From: Haliotis rufescens
Lineage: Eukaryota
Direction: 5' to 3'
Assembly: GCF_023055435.1 (NCBI RefSeq)
Contig: NW_025963902.1
Coordinates: 2,603,815 to 2,667,814, forward strand
DNA: 64,000 nucleotides
Positions 39,701-53,699 of the stretch are shown here, piece by piece. A model generated the notes under the pieces. The model saw nothing but the letters and a program-made list of their open reading frames with translations. It made no database searches and was not told the origin of the DNA. The translations under genes and the position numbers were made by a program. The stretch's first letter is position 1, and the number at the start of each line of letters is the position of its first letter.

Positions 39701-40139
39701 GCTATGATTACACTCTCATGAGTGATTTCCTATGTTAAGTGCTGTGTCATTGTCAAAATTGTTTCATTTTGTGACAGAAATTGTTTACGTTGACATTTTT
39801 GTGTTGAGAATTCTTTCAATTTCGTTCTGTTTGCACCCATCGCAGACAATAAGCAAACAAACTGTGATACAACATGAAAATGTGCCTGTATGAGAGTGTG
39901 AAGGGGAGAAGACTGCTTAACATTTTTCACAAGATTGCAATATGATGTAGATTTGATTTTGTTGTGTAGAACCAGCATAATATAGTATCAATCCTGTTTT
40001 GTTCATGTATGTGTATCAAGTACCACAGGTTTGTTAGGTCTATGCTTTTGTTGTGTCTCCATGAGAAACTGTACAGTACAACTCTTTGTATGATACATAC
40101 TGTGTGGTTTATTTACACAAAAGTATTGTTACTTAACGA

Positions 40140-40145
40140 AATAAA
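40140..40145 (+). terminator. MVP: AATAAA polyadenylation signal candidate ending an ~870-nt MVP 3' UTR
   Basis: first canonical AATAAA downstream of the TAA stop at 39268 on the + strand. Confidence 0.4.
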
Positions 40146-40964
40146 GCATCACATCATTGATATTTGTCTTATGTTATATGGTTAACGAATGGATGGAATA
40201 GAATCATGTCACACTGAAAATGTTGTCTTGACGTGAAGAACAAATGGTAGTGTGATCATTAATGTTTGCTTTTTCACAAAATATTTCCTGTGTCTTGATT
40301 TTGGCAGGTCTCTAATCACTGACACTTCAATGAATCATTTGGATCTCAAAACAAAAATGGCATGTTCATAATCTCTTATTTTATCTTACAGAAAAAGAGC
40401 CAATGCACTGTAGCTCACCTAGATACAGTCAAGTCCCGTTAATCCGACATGGCTTGTTGCATATGATAATGTTGGATAAACGAAATTAAGTAGTACCAAC
40501 ATTCGTCGGTCATAGTTTGCGAAAGGTTTTTCTGATGTGACCTGTAATGGAATGTCCTCGGCGATAGGGAGAACGTGTATCTGATTTTAATGAGATTGAT
40601 GTAATCTAAGCATGTGATTAATCCTGTTTGCTATATTTAAAGCATTAAATGTTTATTGTTAAGCAAAGTTTTAATCAAAACACTGGCTGTGTACTTGCGG
40701 GCAGATGACCACGGAGTATGCTGATCACTGTGTTGGATTAACGCGTCTGATTAATGAGTGATTTCGGTAATTCGTTGCAAATTAGGTGTGTCGGAGTCGG
40801 GGTGCGAGACTTCGGATTAATGGGTCTAAATAGCACTGATTTAATCGGTTCCCATCATTAGTGTCGGATAAAGCCGATTGTCAGATTTACAAGACTTGAC
40901 TGTATGTAGTCTGTAGGGAAACCATCAGTCACGTCTTGAAAGTGAACGCATCTGCAACACTGGT

Positions 40965-41350
40965 CTCTGACTCTGGTTGTTGTTGTTGGTTTGTTGTTTA
41001 ACGCCGCACTCAGCAATATTCCAGCTATATGAAAGCGGTCTGTAAATAATCGAGTCTGGACCAGACAATCCAGTGATTGACATCATGAGCATCGATCTAC
41101 GCAATTGGGATACGATGACATGCATCAACCAAGTCGGCGAGCCGGACCACACTCTCCCGTTGGTCGCCTACTTCAACAAGCATAGTCACCTTTACGGCAA
41201 GCATGGGTTGCTGACGACCTTTCCTAGCCCTGGCCTTTACGGGTCGTCGGGCATGGTTATTTGGTAGATGGTAGTCATCGTACCTCAACAGCAAGCATAA
41301 GTCCCCTTAACATCAATCACTGGACTGTCTGGTCTAGACATGATATTGAC
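40965..41350 (+). mobile_element. SINE-like element, family C ((tttg)n-aacgccgcactcagcaatattccagctatatgaaagcggtctgtaaataatcgagtctggaccagacaatccagtgattgacatcatgagcatcgatc..)
   Basis: other family-C copies: 4737-5070(+), 12170-12440(+), 28545-28720(+), 56985-57185(+), 57330-57560(+), 60415-60690(+), 28320-28445(-), 30690-30865(-), 34870-35095(-), 37865-38105(-), 62440-62660(-). Confidence 0.7.
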
Positions 41351-42289
41351 AGGCTGCTGTTATATTGCTGCAACACGCCTACACCTTAGAGAAACAAAAT
41401 AATACTATGTCATGTGATGAACACAAGTTTAGTTTATTGTGACAATTACAAAACATACATTCATAACTCGCATCAATATAATACTTCAGCACTGCAAAGT
41501 CAGCCTTGTACAAAAACATACAATGGTTTTTGTCTTTCACAGCAAACACAAGCTAAGTATAACAATCAATACTTGTAAAAATTATTTGTATGTAGAAATA
41601 CAGTGAAACCTTTAATGTGGTCTTATAAGAAAAATTGATATTTTACCAAAATTAGCTGTTTTAGATATTGACCATATAAAGAGCGACTTTGACAGTTTTC
41701 ATGAACAAAACTGCTATTCTGCAATTTTTCCCCGGAATTTGAGGAACTGCTACATCTATGCAAGATCTGAGTTGAGAATGTTTCACTATATTTCACGTGG
41801 TAATACTACAAAGTTTACTTATTGCTCATAACAACCATTAGCTGTCAATAATTACAATAATCTTGTCTTCTGACTAGTAGTACCAGCCGGCTGTAAGCTC
41901 GCCCCTGGAATACACATACATATTTTTTAATTTGCAGATTCAAACTAAGTCTTGTAGACAGTTGGTGACTGCACTGGTGCTGAAGGAGCTAATATCCTGT
42001 TGGTATGGCAGATACCGAGCCTTGTTAAGTGGTATTCCAGATGTCAGATGTCAAGTTTATCTGCTACATGGATGCAATATTTCAATGTTGAAATTCCTTT
42101 TCCTTTTTTTTTGGCAAAGAATGATAAATCAATAAATATTTCACCCTAAGCTTATGAGCATGCATATTGTAGTGCAATATGTGTGAAAATCTACTTGTAC
42201 CAGCTGTGGACACTGATATGACTCTTAGAGTTCTTACATTAGATGCCAAGACACATTCAGTGGTATGCCGGATGCCTAGAGGGTAGGGA

Positions 42290-42855
42290 TCGGCACCCTC
42301 TGCGCATCTTCCCGAAGCAAGAGAGTTAACTGACTTTAAAAGTCCAGTTTCCACCCTTGCCGAACTAGGCTGGAAGTCCTGGGCTCGATCGTAGCGCCAC
42401 CAGTGGCTATTACGAGTTATGTCCGTTCTATGCCTCTCCTACGGACCAATCAGATTCAACCTCTCGTATCACTTGTATTTGCTTCAAACAAAAAGGTGGC
42501 GCCCAGTCAAGACGATCTGATTGATAATCAAGATCTATATTGTGATAAAGCGTGTCTTACATCGCGAAGTGCATCAAATCACGTGAGCACCTTGATTAAA
42601 AGCATGAAAAGATTTAGAAAAAATCTGTTGACAACAAGTTAGCGCTGCACATGCTTTGCAAATCCTGCAGTCGACCGAAATCTGCATGACACTTTATGAA
42701 CCGGATTTCGATTTCGGTGCGCGATTTGATTGGACTATGCATAGACTCATTAGTCCAGCCAAAATGTAACTCCATAATACCAGCCTAGTTCGGCAAGGGT
42801 GGAAACTGGACTTTTATAGTCAGTTTACTCACTTGCCTCGGGAAGATGCCCTCTG
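42290..42855. mobile_element. MITE-like element (~565 bp) with ~50-bp terminal inverted repeats (gagttaactgactttaaaagtccagtttccacccttgccgaactaggctgg / ccagcctagttcggcaagggtggaaactggacttttatagtcagtt)
   Basis: TIRs read directly; second copy at 53700-54080. Confidence 0.7.
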
Positions 42856-43384
42856 CGAGGTTGATGTCTGTTTTTGTCATATGAAAAGAAGGGCACAATA
42901 ACCTGGGGACTAATCTACGGGGGTTTGGCTCAGCGTGACATTGTCCAACAGCACACCAGGGCTGCATTCCACAAGCCAACTGTGCTGCTATGACTGTTGT
43001 CAGTCTTTATCAAACTGTTGGACTTACAACAGTCACAGTGATATGATTGCTTTGAGAAAGGGCCCCTTGGCTGGGCTATTGTGTAGTGTTTCAACTTTGT
43101 GTGGTACAAGGATGTGAGCATCAACGTGATCATCAACTTGATCATCAAAATTATCATCAACGTGATCATCCATGGGTTCCTCAATGACTCTTTAGTCTAA
43201 CAACCCATATTACATGACATGCCACTTGAGGACAAATCTAAGAGTCTGTTGAAGACACTGTTCAAGGCTTAAACCATATTATACAAATTGTCCATACTCT
43301 CATCATTTCATGTGGACACAGCAGTTTTTTAATATTCGACATGATCATATGACAAATCATAGGTTTATTCAGCAAGTTTATACA

Positions 43385-43525
43385 CACAAAACATGGAGAT
43401 AATCCCTTTTCTGACGCATGTTTAGATAACACAAAACATGGAGATAATCCCTTTTCTGACGCATGTTTAGATAACACAAAACATGGAGATAATCCCTTTC
43501 CTGATACATGTTTAGATAACACATA
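43385..43525. repeat. 45-bp tandem repeat x3 (acaaaacatggagataatcccttttctgacgcatgtttagataac)
   Basis: direct reading; period 45. Confidence 0.8.
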
Positions 43526-43554
43526 AAAATCAGCTCAATCAAAAACAATCTCAT

Positions 43555-43990
43555 CAAAATCAGATCTTACTTCTCGCTACTGCTAAACAAAGATCTGAGG
43601 ACATCCCATGACGACCTTTCATCCAACCAGTCAGAGTGTCGTTCACCAGATCAGGAACGTGACGGAAAATTTAACATGGGGAATTCTAAATGACAGTTGC
43701 GGACTTTACAGCTGAATCCATTCAATCTAGGGCCATCTTTCAGCCATTCCAGACTGTTCAGACTGATCAGTTTTGAAATTATTAATCGTTTCAAAGCGCA
43801 GTTGCCAGTTTGAAACTAGTGCCATAAAGCACGAGAAAGCTGCCTTCTGATTGGCTAATGTCGGCTTCACTTTGAGTCATTCCACTGGTTGGTCAAATTC
43901 ACGAAATGTCAGTCTGAAGTGACATGTAATGGGATGTCCTCAGATCTTTGTTTAGCAGTAGCAAGAACTAAGATCTTATTTTGATGACAT
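43555..43990. mobile_element. MITE family 2 copy (~435 bp), ~55-bp TIRs (atcagatcttacttctcgctactgctaaacaaagatctgaggacatcccat / atgggatgtcctcagatctttgtttagcagtagcaagaactaagatcttat)
   Basis: TIRs read directly; internal gctgccttctgattggctaatgtc segment shared by other copies. Confidence 0.7.
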
Positions 43991-44339
43991 TGACATTGAT
44001 GACATTTGATGACACATCCAGACAGAGAAACAGACAGAGAGAGACTCACACACAGACATGGTCAAATGAATGCACACACACAGCCTAGAGCTGTGATTGT
44101 TAGGACAATATTATCAGGCACCATGCTATTTCAATATTGGAACAACTGTCCCAATAGCTTGATATATACTGCTCTGTCATACATAGTAGGTAGCTTTGCA
44201 TTACTTGAAAGGATAACAGCGCTCAACCAAGTAATAGATGCAAGCAAATTACATCGGAGGGTGTGAGAGCTAAGGGAGGTAACTCTGATAATCAGACATA
44301 AAATTATGACCATTTCCTGAATGGATGCCAGTCTCATTA

Positions 44340-44905
44340 AATTCACATCTTACTTCTGGCTACTGCTAAACAAAGATCTTAGGACATCCCATTATGGGTC
44401 ACCTCAGAATGGCCTTTCATCACACCAATGAAAGCAACGGTTACCAGTTCAGGAAAGTGACAGTCGGAATTACTTTATTATTGTGCAACCTTGAAAGGGT
44501 TAACATGGGCTACAGGCTGTACAACTGATTCTGTCAAAATCATTGTTTATCTCTCGCTGCAATTGGCTAAACATTTCAAATGGACGAGATTTTCCACACT
44601 CTGTGGGAAGAACTGCCACACAACATCAGCTCTCTATTAGAGATTCAAGAATTTGTTTTTGTTTAGTTTTCAAATTTTAAAATCGAGAACTTTGTCGAAA
44701 TATTTTTCAAAGCGTAGTCTGGTGTGGAAGTCGCCAGTTTGAATGCTCGAGAAAGCTGCTTTCTGATTGGTTAATGTCTACTTCTTGTCAGTCATTTCGT
44801 TGGTTGGTTAAAGTTTGCAAAAGGTTGTTCTGACGTGAACTGTCGCGAGATGTGCTCAGATGTTTGTTTAGCGGTAGCGAGAACAAACATCTGATCTAAG
44901 TGAGT
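44340..44905. mobile_element. MITE family 2 copy (~565 bp), adjacent to a SINE at 44895-45190
   Basis: same TIRs (cacatcttacttctggctactgctaaacaaagatcttaggacatcccat ... gcgagatgtgctcagatgtttgtttagcggtagcgagaacaaacatctgat). Confidence 0.65.
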
Positions 44906-47100
44906 GAGTGAGTGAGTGAGTGAGTGGGGTTTAACGTCACTTTTAACAGTATTACAGTTATATCACAGCCTGTAAGCTTAATGTGGGAGGAAAGCCCGAA
45001 GTGATGCAGGTCTCAGACGTTTACCACTTTGGTGAAACCCACGAGCACAGGTATGGTGCTGACAAACCTAGAAAAATAATCAGGGTGAACCGGGATTTGA
45101 ACCCACAATAATAGCCTTCTGGCATGCCCAAAGGATGCAACTCTGCACAGCGAATCGCAGCGCCTTAGACGACTGGGCCACCCGTGCCCTGATCTTAATG
45201 AGGATGAATGGATACCTACATGTATTTTCAACTCATTGAATGTAAATTAAGGGTTTTATATCTCATCCTGTATTACTCCTTAATGCTTCTACTGCTACTT
45301 TCTTGACCTCGGAGAAGCTGTGAGAGGTCCTGGCTACAGATAAAGTTGTACCTATAAAATATATATAATCACACAATCTTTTCATTTTATTACATCTGTC
45401 AAGAGCATTTATAGTGTGAGGCAGCATCAATGTTCACTGCTGGTAACTTGTCATCCATGTTTAGCCTGCGGTCCATGGACAGTTCTGATGCACCGCTAGT
45501 GTGATCAATCGTTACCATGTGCACAGAAGGTAGGAGCACAAGGGTCAGAATGTCAAATGGCTGAAAATGCAATCTAATTAAAATCAAATCTTTTACTCCG
45601 AAACCACTCCGTTCTGCGTATCATATCGGAGTAAAAGATGAGGTTGGCTGTAAATGATGCATTGTTTCTATTTGTGAAGCATGGCCATTGAGTGAGTGAG
45701 TGAGTTGGGTTTAACGCGGCTTTTAACAGTATTACAGTTATATCGCGGCGTGTCAGCTTAATGTGGGAGGAAAGCCTGAAGTGATGCAGGTCTCAGACGT
45801 TTACCACTTCAGTGAAACCCACGAGCACGGGTATGGTGCTGACAAACCTAGAAACATAATTGGGGCGAACCGGGATTCGAACCCACAATCATAGGTTTCT
45901 GGCGTGCCCAAGGGACGCAACTCTGCATAGCGAATCGCGTCGCCTAAGACGACTGGGCCACCCGTGCCCCCCATGGCCATTGAGAAGTATTCACCAAATT
46001 CATGGATTGAAGGCTAATGAATATGCAGTGTGTTGCTTCAAATGCCCTTCTTGCTTTGATATTGACATGTTTGTCAAGTTTACTTACAATGACCGATTCC
46101 ACGTATATAAGGCCTGCTCAGAGATCCACAGTAAGTGACAGTAAAAATTCCCAATACCTCAGAATTTACAAAAAATAAGAATATTTTTAAAAAAATCAAA
46201 TTTTGAACAATATCACAATTTTGTCCCAATTTGCCTGCCAGAGGCACTAAGTTTGGAATCCAATGCTTCAAGATATACAATGTTTTTTTCTGTAAGTGAG
46301 GAGGACCTGAACTTCTTGAAATAATTTCATAGAACATATTTTTCATTACAACTGACCATGTTACCATGGCTACCAACTCAAACGAAAACTTATGTTGTTG
46401 TAAAATTACATTTTGCAGCATTTTCTGGTTCGTAGTTTTCCTGATCCCCCCCCAGACACACAGGCAGCCCCCCCCCCCCCCCCCACACACACAGAGGTTA
46501 TCAGATTCTTGTGACTTATGACCATTGTATCAAGTCCATCATGTAACTACTGTACAAGCTGAAACAAACAATTTGAGACGCGCAACAAAAATATAGTTTA
46601 AATACATGAAACTAATCTAAGAAAATACATGATTAGGAAAATACATTGTGTACAAATGGGATTGAATAATACAAGTGTGCTATTATGCTTGTTGCAATGC
46701 TATATTTCTGACAACATTCTATAAATAAATACTGGTAACATAAGCTGAAGCCAATCTCACAGCACACGCTAACTGAAGTTGTGGACAGAGTCGTGTAAAA
46801 TCCTCAAACAAGATCACACCTTTTTTTCACTGTTCTTGATAAGCCGCCATTTATCATATCATCCAAACCTGGCTTCCACAGCAGATACCACCTGGGATAT
46901 ATTGGGACAACGAATTGCATCACAATGCTTTGCAGACCATTGAGGAAGTCATCAGGTATCATGACATCTCCGATCTCTTTGTTATTGAGGATGGTTAGCA
47001 GTGCTTTTTATACTCAAGACACTGGTTATTACTATTTACAAAATAAAAATGGGTGGACGAATGATCTGAATGATAAATACAATCTCACCCTTTTGTCTTC

Positions 47101-47445
47101 AGATGTCAAATATTTCAACACTCTGGATGAAATGTTGATATCAAATATATCAACACTTGTGGATGAAAGTTTGATATCAAATATATCAACACTCGTGAAT
47201 GAAAGTTTGATATCAAATATATCAACATTCATGCATGAAAGTTTGATATGAAATATATCAACACTAATGCATGAAAGATTGCTATCAAATATATCAACAC
47301 TCGTTGATGAAAGTTTGATATGAAAAATATCAACACTTGTGGATGAAAGTTTGATATGAAATACATGAACACTCGTGGATGAAAGTTTGATATGAAATAT
47401 ATCAACACTCGTGGATGAAAGTTTCATATCAAATATCCTCGGCAA
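47101..47445. repeat. 36-bp tandem repeat x~9.5 (gatatcaaatatatcaacactcgtggatgaaagttt) sharing the gatatcaaatatatcaacactcgt motif with the 8.3-kb and 9.4-kb element
   Basis: period 36 verified (47136/47172); followed by tttgatatcagaagacactcgagtgagat resembling 8420-8450. Confidence 0.8.
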
Positions 47446-47654
47446 CCCTCGGAGTCTTAAATTTTATTCCCAAATGTTGATATATTTGATATCAGAAGAC
47501 ACTCGAGTGAGATGCTCTACGTATCAAAGTGGTAGGTTATACACATGCACAAAGATACTTTAACTTTTAAAATTTCAATATCTGCGCTATAGTTAGAACT
47601 GTACTGAACAAGCCATTCCTATCTTTTCTTAAGAAATGAGAACTTACGTAAACT

Positions 47655-48165
47655 AAAAGTTTCAATCTCATTAAAATCAGATCTTAGTTCTCGTTATCGC
47701 TAAACAAAGATCTGAGGACATCCCATTATGGGACACGTCAGAGCGACCTTTCATCCGACCAATCAAAGCGTCCCATGCCAGATCAAGAAAGTGACAGTCG
47801 GTTCCATCAAAATTATAGTCTATCTCTCGCTTCCGTGGAATAAACATGTGAACGGAGGAGGCATTGCACAGTACGTGGGAAGCACTGCCATACAACCGCA
47901 ACCATATATTAGACCTTCTGGAATGTTCGTTTGTTAATTTTTCAAAATTTTAATCGAGAACTGTGTCAACATATCTTTCAAGCCTAGTGCCTTAAATCTG
48001 GAAAGCTGCTTTCTAATTGGCTGATGTCACTTTCTTGATAGTCATTTCAGTGGTGTCAAAGTTGGCGAAAGGTCGTTCTGACGTGACCTCTAATAAGATG
48101 TCCTCAGATCTTTGTTTAGCGGCAGCGAGAACTTGGATCTGATTTTAATGAGATTGTAAAAGTTT
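47655..48165. mobile_element. MITE family 2 copy (~510 bp); a right-end fragment of the same family is at 40500-40610
   Basis: atcagatcttagttctcgttatcgctaaacaaagatctgaggacatcccat ... gatgtcctcagatctttgtttagcggcagcgagaacttggatctgat. Confidence 0.65.
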
Positions 48166-51100
48166 CAGCTGTATAAGATTTAATAAAGTACAGTCATTCA
48201 GTCTTCCCGACTTCACAACAGGCTGCTCTTCTATCATTTTATTATTCATATAATTCATAACTAGTATTCATACGTATAAAACAAATTTCCTGTCAAAGGT
48301 TTCCCGATATATACAAACATTTATGTGCGAGCAGCTTCATTTACAAGAACGTTATCAAAGTGTTTACATCTTCTCTATGTCTCAGGTGGCCTATATGACC
48401 TTCATAATCTAAAATGTCGTCCACAAAATATTTCAATCAACAAAATCTTTCCAATAGCACCATAGAGTCTTTCAACAGATCAAGCAAGAGAAGATTGTCA
48501 CAAAGTATAACAAGTCAGCCAAAATAATTGTTTGAACAAACGAGGCTGACCTCAAAGAAATACATCACCAATGCCACCATCGTAGTTTATCAAAAGTTTA
48601 GCTGATACATACTCTGATTCAAAAGCTCTTTCACAACAACCATTTTCAAAAGCATATATTGAATACACAGCTCATTAACATGATTAATTTGGTCTTAAAA
48701 CTGAACACCAAATGAAACCTACTTCAAACACATTGGTCCTTCATATTTTTAAAGCACAAGCAAGACTCTTGCATAATTCTTAAACAAATAGGTTTTCTTA
48801 AAAATTGAAATGCTTTGAATAGCAAAGGATAGCATCCACAGCAAGAAAGATAATGATTATATCAAAATATTTTGGGAAACACATGAATTTGGATTTCAAA
48901 TATACATTACAACACGGTACATCCTGTAGTCATATTTGAGCAACTGGGTTAATACGAGCAGATATCTTAATACTTAATGCCATGACATGTTCATAAATGG
49001 CCAGGTCATGCAATAAACGGACAAAATAAACTGAACAAAATCTATAAAACAAAAATATCACATAAACATTAAAATAATTCACAATAACTTTCCAAGGCCA
49101 GCACCACCACTAAAATCAACAGAACAAGAATGTGTGATAGGTGGAAAGTGAAAACTCAACTAAAAAAAAGTTCATATCATACCCTCCTATCTATTTGAAT
49201 GAAAAGAATACATCATCGGAATAAATGTATAGCTTCTAAGTGCGAAGGAATTGTTTCAAATGCAACATAAATGCATAAACTATCGTCGTAACAATGGTTC
49301 TCATTGGAATCACCACAGAGCTGCTATTGAAACCGACAGCATTGGCAACCGGACATATTCGGTCGCTTCTGTAAATTCCGCATTTCACCGACTACAACAA
49401 CACTCGCCACAGCGAGCGAAACATGGATGACAGTAGCAGAGAAGAGATATGGTGAAGTGTTTTAATCAAGACTTGTTTACAGAGAATGTAACTTTTATTA
49501 AGAACTTCATGTGCATTGAATGTAAACAATAATTCCCCCTATACAGATTACTCATTTTCAGCAAAAATCTATTTTGTATTCATTATTAATGTAAAGCTTA
49601 TCAGTCATTGGCTAGATAAATTACTTCACGCATAATTTACTTCACTGTTTACGTCTTAGAGCTAGATCTAGTATCTGCCCAACAACTGTTGATATAACAT
49701 GGTTAATAAAACATTCCGTCAATCAATGTCGACATTAAGGAATTAGTCTGCATCTTATTGACACCTAAACAATAATATTAATGCCATGAATTTTATACTT
49801 TACAGTCAAGACTTCTAAACGGATGAACCAAAAGAAATTACTTCGCTGTCACTTATTTGTTTATCGCTGCCATTTCTCGCATGCTGTTTTTCTGGAAACA
49901 GTTTCGTCAATTAGCTACGGTCAGCTTTTGACAGATGCAGTCAAAGTTATTTCAATGAACTTGACCTAATTTCCCCATAGCAGCTGTGCACATATTCCGC
50001 ATCCGACCTCTGTCAAATTCTATACTGTTTCTTTTCATTTGAAAAATAAATGCATTTGTTTCCAAAAGAGAAGCAATGCTACCAATACGCCATTTATTAA
50101 ACCCATTCAACACTTTTTTTTCAATAGATAGGAGGGCCTGCATATATAGCATGTACATATTTTAGTTACGATATTAAAGTCTTTTACAATTATATGATTG
50201 TTATCTATGCTGAAATTCAGAAAATAGGATAATCATATAATTATGCAGTTCTTCATGCAAGTCTCCAAAGAAAAAGAATTTGGTTTGGTTAGTTCTCTAC
50301 TTAGGAGATTACTCTTTTTAGTTGGTTTGTTTTGTCTTTACAATGCCGGTGGTCAAAAACTATAAAATATAACTGTCTTCAAATGACCCTGAATTTCCTA
50401 AATTTTTGCCCATCAACTGCATTCACAATGAAGCCATGTCAATGTCACCCTTTCCATGCCCAAACAACTATGCAGACTGATATGTCATATCAAAGGGACA
50501 TAACTTTTACCAGTCAACACGGCTTCAAACTCTTATGGTAAACATTATGCTATGTATTTTGTAGTTCACAATAAATCCATTTTTCAACAATTTGTGTAAT
50601 ATTTCTTATTTCATTATACAATTCGAGTCAGAGGTTTGAAAATATTTTTTCATTGCTACTTTTAATGTCAGCAAATCCGTAAACCAGCAAAGAAAAATTA
50701 ATTGCCTCAGCAGCAATATTTAACCTGTGAAATTATCCTTATATCCACCTCAACATCATCAGAAAGTATAAGCTATGTTAGCATGGTTGGGCTTTGGTCA
50801 ATACTGTTTAGGAGTGGGATGGAGTGAGTGAGTGAGTGAGTGAGTGAATGAGTGAGTTGGGTTTAATGCTGCTTTGAACAGTATTTCATTGTAATTATAT
50901 CACTGCATGTCACCTTGATGTGGAAGAAATCCTGCACTAATGCAGGTTTCAGATGTTTACCACTTTGGTGAAACCCACAAGCATGGGTATGCTTCTGATA
51001 AACCTACAAACGTAATCATTGCGAATCTAGGAGTCGAACCCTTGCATAAGGGATGTAACTCTGCACGGTTAAATTGCGGCACCGTAGACAACTGGCTGCC

Positions 51101-51824
51101 TGAGTCTCTGGCTGTGATAGGAAGGTTTGGGGAGAGGATGTCGAAGGCGTCAATACATGACATGAGTTCATCCCTGCAATATTTCACAATACCAATCTTG
51201 CTTGGTATGCCATATGGGTTATATCACAAGTAATCTTTTCCTGTAACCATGGAAACCTGAACTATTAGAATAATTTCAAATAAAGATGATAAGATAATAA
51301 AGGATATGTCTTCCACCTCACTTTTCTAAAAATGTGTGTTTGTTTATTACTGCCTATGTTGGCGATCAGTGTTAAAACAGTGCATCGTTTCTTCACGCTT
51401 AGAATTTCCTATGTACACTACTTAGTTCTCACTCATAAATAGAATATATATAACATTACAATCTGCCATCAAGGTGTCATTGAAAACACTAACAAATAGA
51501 TGTCAGTGTACATCATTGTATCATCTAACACAGAAGTTCTCAAAGAAAAGGATATATGCACAAACAATTTGAATACAGAAACAGTTTATTTACAAGAGAT
51601 CTCATGCACGTACTAGAGATGAGGCAGGTTTGTAACTCGCATTCTGATTGGTTAGTTAGACTGAATAGAGGAGCAATCAAATTATGAACATCAAGGGTGG
51701 GTAATTTGAGATCACGGGAATGGATCCCGGGGATAGTGTAGGATAGTGTAAGAAATACAAACCCTGGAGATATAGAGAATGAGGATTGTGTTTATTGGGT
51801 GGCTGTACTGAAACATTCTTGGCA

Positions 51825-52230
51825 TCTCTAGTAACACCCCATCTCTAGTAACACCCCATCTCTAGTAACACCCCATCTCTAGTAACACCCCATCTCTAGT
51901 AACAGCCCATCTATAGTAACAGCCCATCTCTAGTAACACCCCATCTCTAGTAACAGCCCATCTCTAGTAACAGCCCATCTATAGTAACAGCCCATCTCTA
52001 GTAACACCCCATCTCTAGTAACAGCCCATCTATAGTAACAGCCCATCTCTAGTAACACCCCCATCTATAGTAACTCCCCAAATCTAGTAACAGCCCATCT
52101 CTAGTAACACCCCATCTCTAGTAACACCCCCATCTCTGGTAACAGCCCATCTCTAGTAACACCCCATCTCTAGTAACACCCCCATCTCTAGTAACACCCC
52201 ATCTCTAGTAACACCCCCATCTTGTTGTGC
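51825..52230. repeat. 17-bp satellite x~24 (agtaacaccccatctct / agtaacagcccatctat variants)
   Basis: direct reading. Confidence 0.9.
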
Positions 52231-53460
52231 AAACATGTAGCAATCTAACAATAAGTTTTACAAAGTTCCTGTTTCCTCTTAAAAAGAGCAATATGGTCTT
52301 ACAAAGCAGTGATAACTTAGGTCCTGCAAGGCATCAATGTGAGTGAGTGAGTGAGTTTGATTTTATGCCGCTTTTAGCAATATTCTGGCGGGGGACACCA
52401 GAAATGGGCTTCACACATTGTACCCATGTCGAGAATAGAACCCGGGTCTCAGCATGACGAGCGAACGCTTTAACCACTAGGCTACCCGACCGCCCCCATC
52501 AATGTGAGTATCTAGGTTTTTTTTTAGATAACAAGGTGTACTCTCAGACCCCGCATTATCCTTGAGTAAGCATTGATTAACAGTATTTCAGTTATATCAG
52601 GCCAGCTTAATGTGGGAGGAAAGCTTGACCAATGAGTGAGTGAGTTGGGTTTAACGCCGCTTTTAACATTATTCCAGTTATATCACGGCGTGTCAGCTTA
52701 ATGTGGAAGGAAAGCCCGAAGTGATGCAGGTCACAGACGTTTACCACTTCGGTGAAACCCACGAGCACGGGTAGTGTTCTGACAAACCTAGAAACATAAT
52801 CAGAGCGAAACGGGATTCGAACCCACAATAATAGGTTTCTGGTGTGCCCAAGGAATGCAACTCTGCACAGCGAATCGAGGCGCCTTAGACGACTGGGCCA
52901 CCCGTGCCCCCTTGACTAATGGGTTGGTGCTTACAAACCATAATCAGGACATATCTGGGATCTAAACTCACAATCGTCAGATTCAGGCACCGCTCTGCAG
53001 AGTGAATTGTGGGGCCTTGGATGCCTTAATTGTCTTCAAGATGTGAAGATTATGATTGCACCGAGTTGCCGAGAATGGACATGATGGCTAGCACATGTTT
53101 GACAAGGGTTGCATGTGTCTTTGCTCTCATAAACAAAATAAATAAATACTCAAAATATTGACGCAGCAATACTTTCATCATGTCAACGAGTAGAATTATG
53201 AAAAAACAAATGTCCGTTTTTCATCTCCCGATGAAGCATTTCGTACACACATTCTAAAATCCTTAAATGCCATGCATTTTCATTACTACACGTACTTCAC
53301 AAAAAAATATCCTTTGATAACTCAATTCACACAAATAGCTTGCTTATAAATGTAAAGAAAGAAAATATTTGTCATACATTATAAAAATAGTTGATGAAGG
53401 TTGACAAGAGATGACTGGCTGATGATGAGGGTTGTGCTGTGACCGGAACCGCGACGAGGG

Positions 53461-53639
53461 CTATGACCGGAACGTGTGAACAACGCGCACCACGTACTGT
53501 CGGCACATGGGGCACTCGGCGAGGCGCTTGCCGCAGGATGTGCACGTGATCATGTGACCACACTCCAGTAGAACACAGTCTATAGTATTGTCCATGCATA
53601 TCTTACACAGGTCCTGCTCAGAACTGGTGGTTGTCCCTG
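53461..53639 (-). CDS. RNF34/RFFL-like, terminal RING-finger exon ([58 protein letters not shown]; TAG at 53463-53461)
   Basis: ttcctttccag acceptor; C3HC4 RING nearly identical to human RNF34 C-terminus [49 protein letters not shown]. Confidence 0.85.
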
Positions 53640-53699
53640 CTGGAAAGGAAGAAGTAACTGTGACAAAAAGTGAAAGGAATGTCTTTAACCGGGACTTGT

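Noticed and set aside
2041-40440. Short shared motif tggtgccatggcactgtagctcacct (2046) / gccaatgcactgtagctcacct (40393), considered as a tRNA fragment
   Set aside because: It is only ~20 nt, with no cloverleaf. It is probably a small repeat fragment.
46080-46490. 136-aa minus-strand ORF starting MCGGGGGGCLCVWGG
   Set aside because: It starts inside a poly-C/G tract, has no recognisable domain and no splice context, and lies in repeat-rich intergenic DNA.
47032-47445. 137-aa minus-strand ORF (MPRIFDMKLSSTSVDIFHIKLSS...)
   Set aside because: It is an artefact of the 36-bp tandem repeat.
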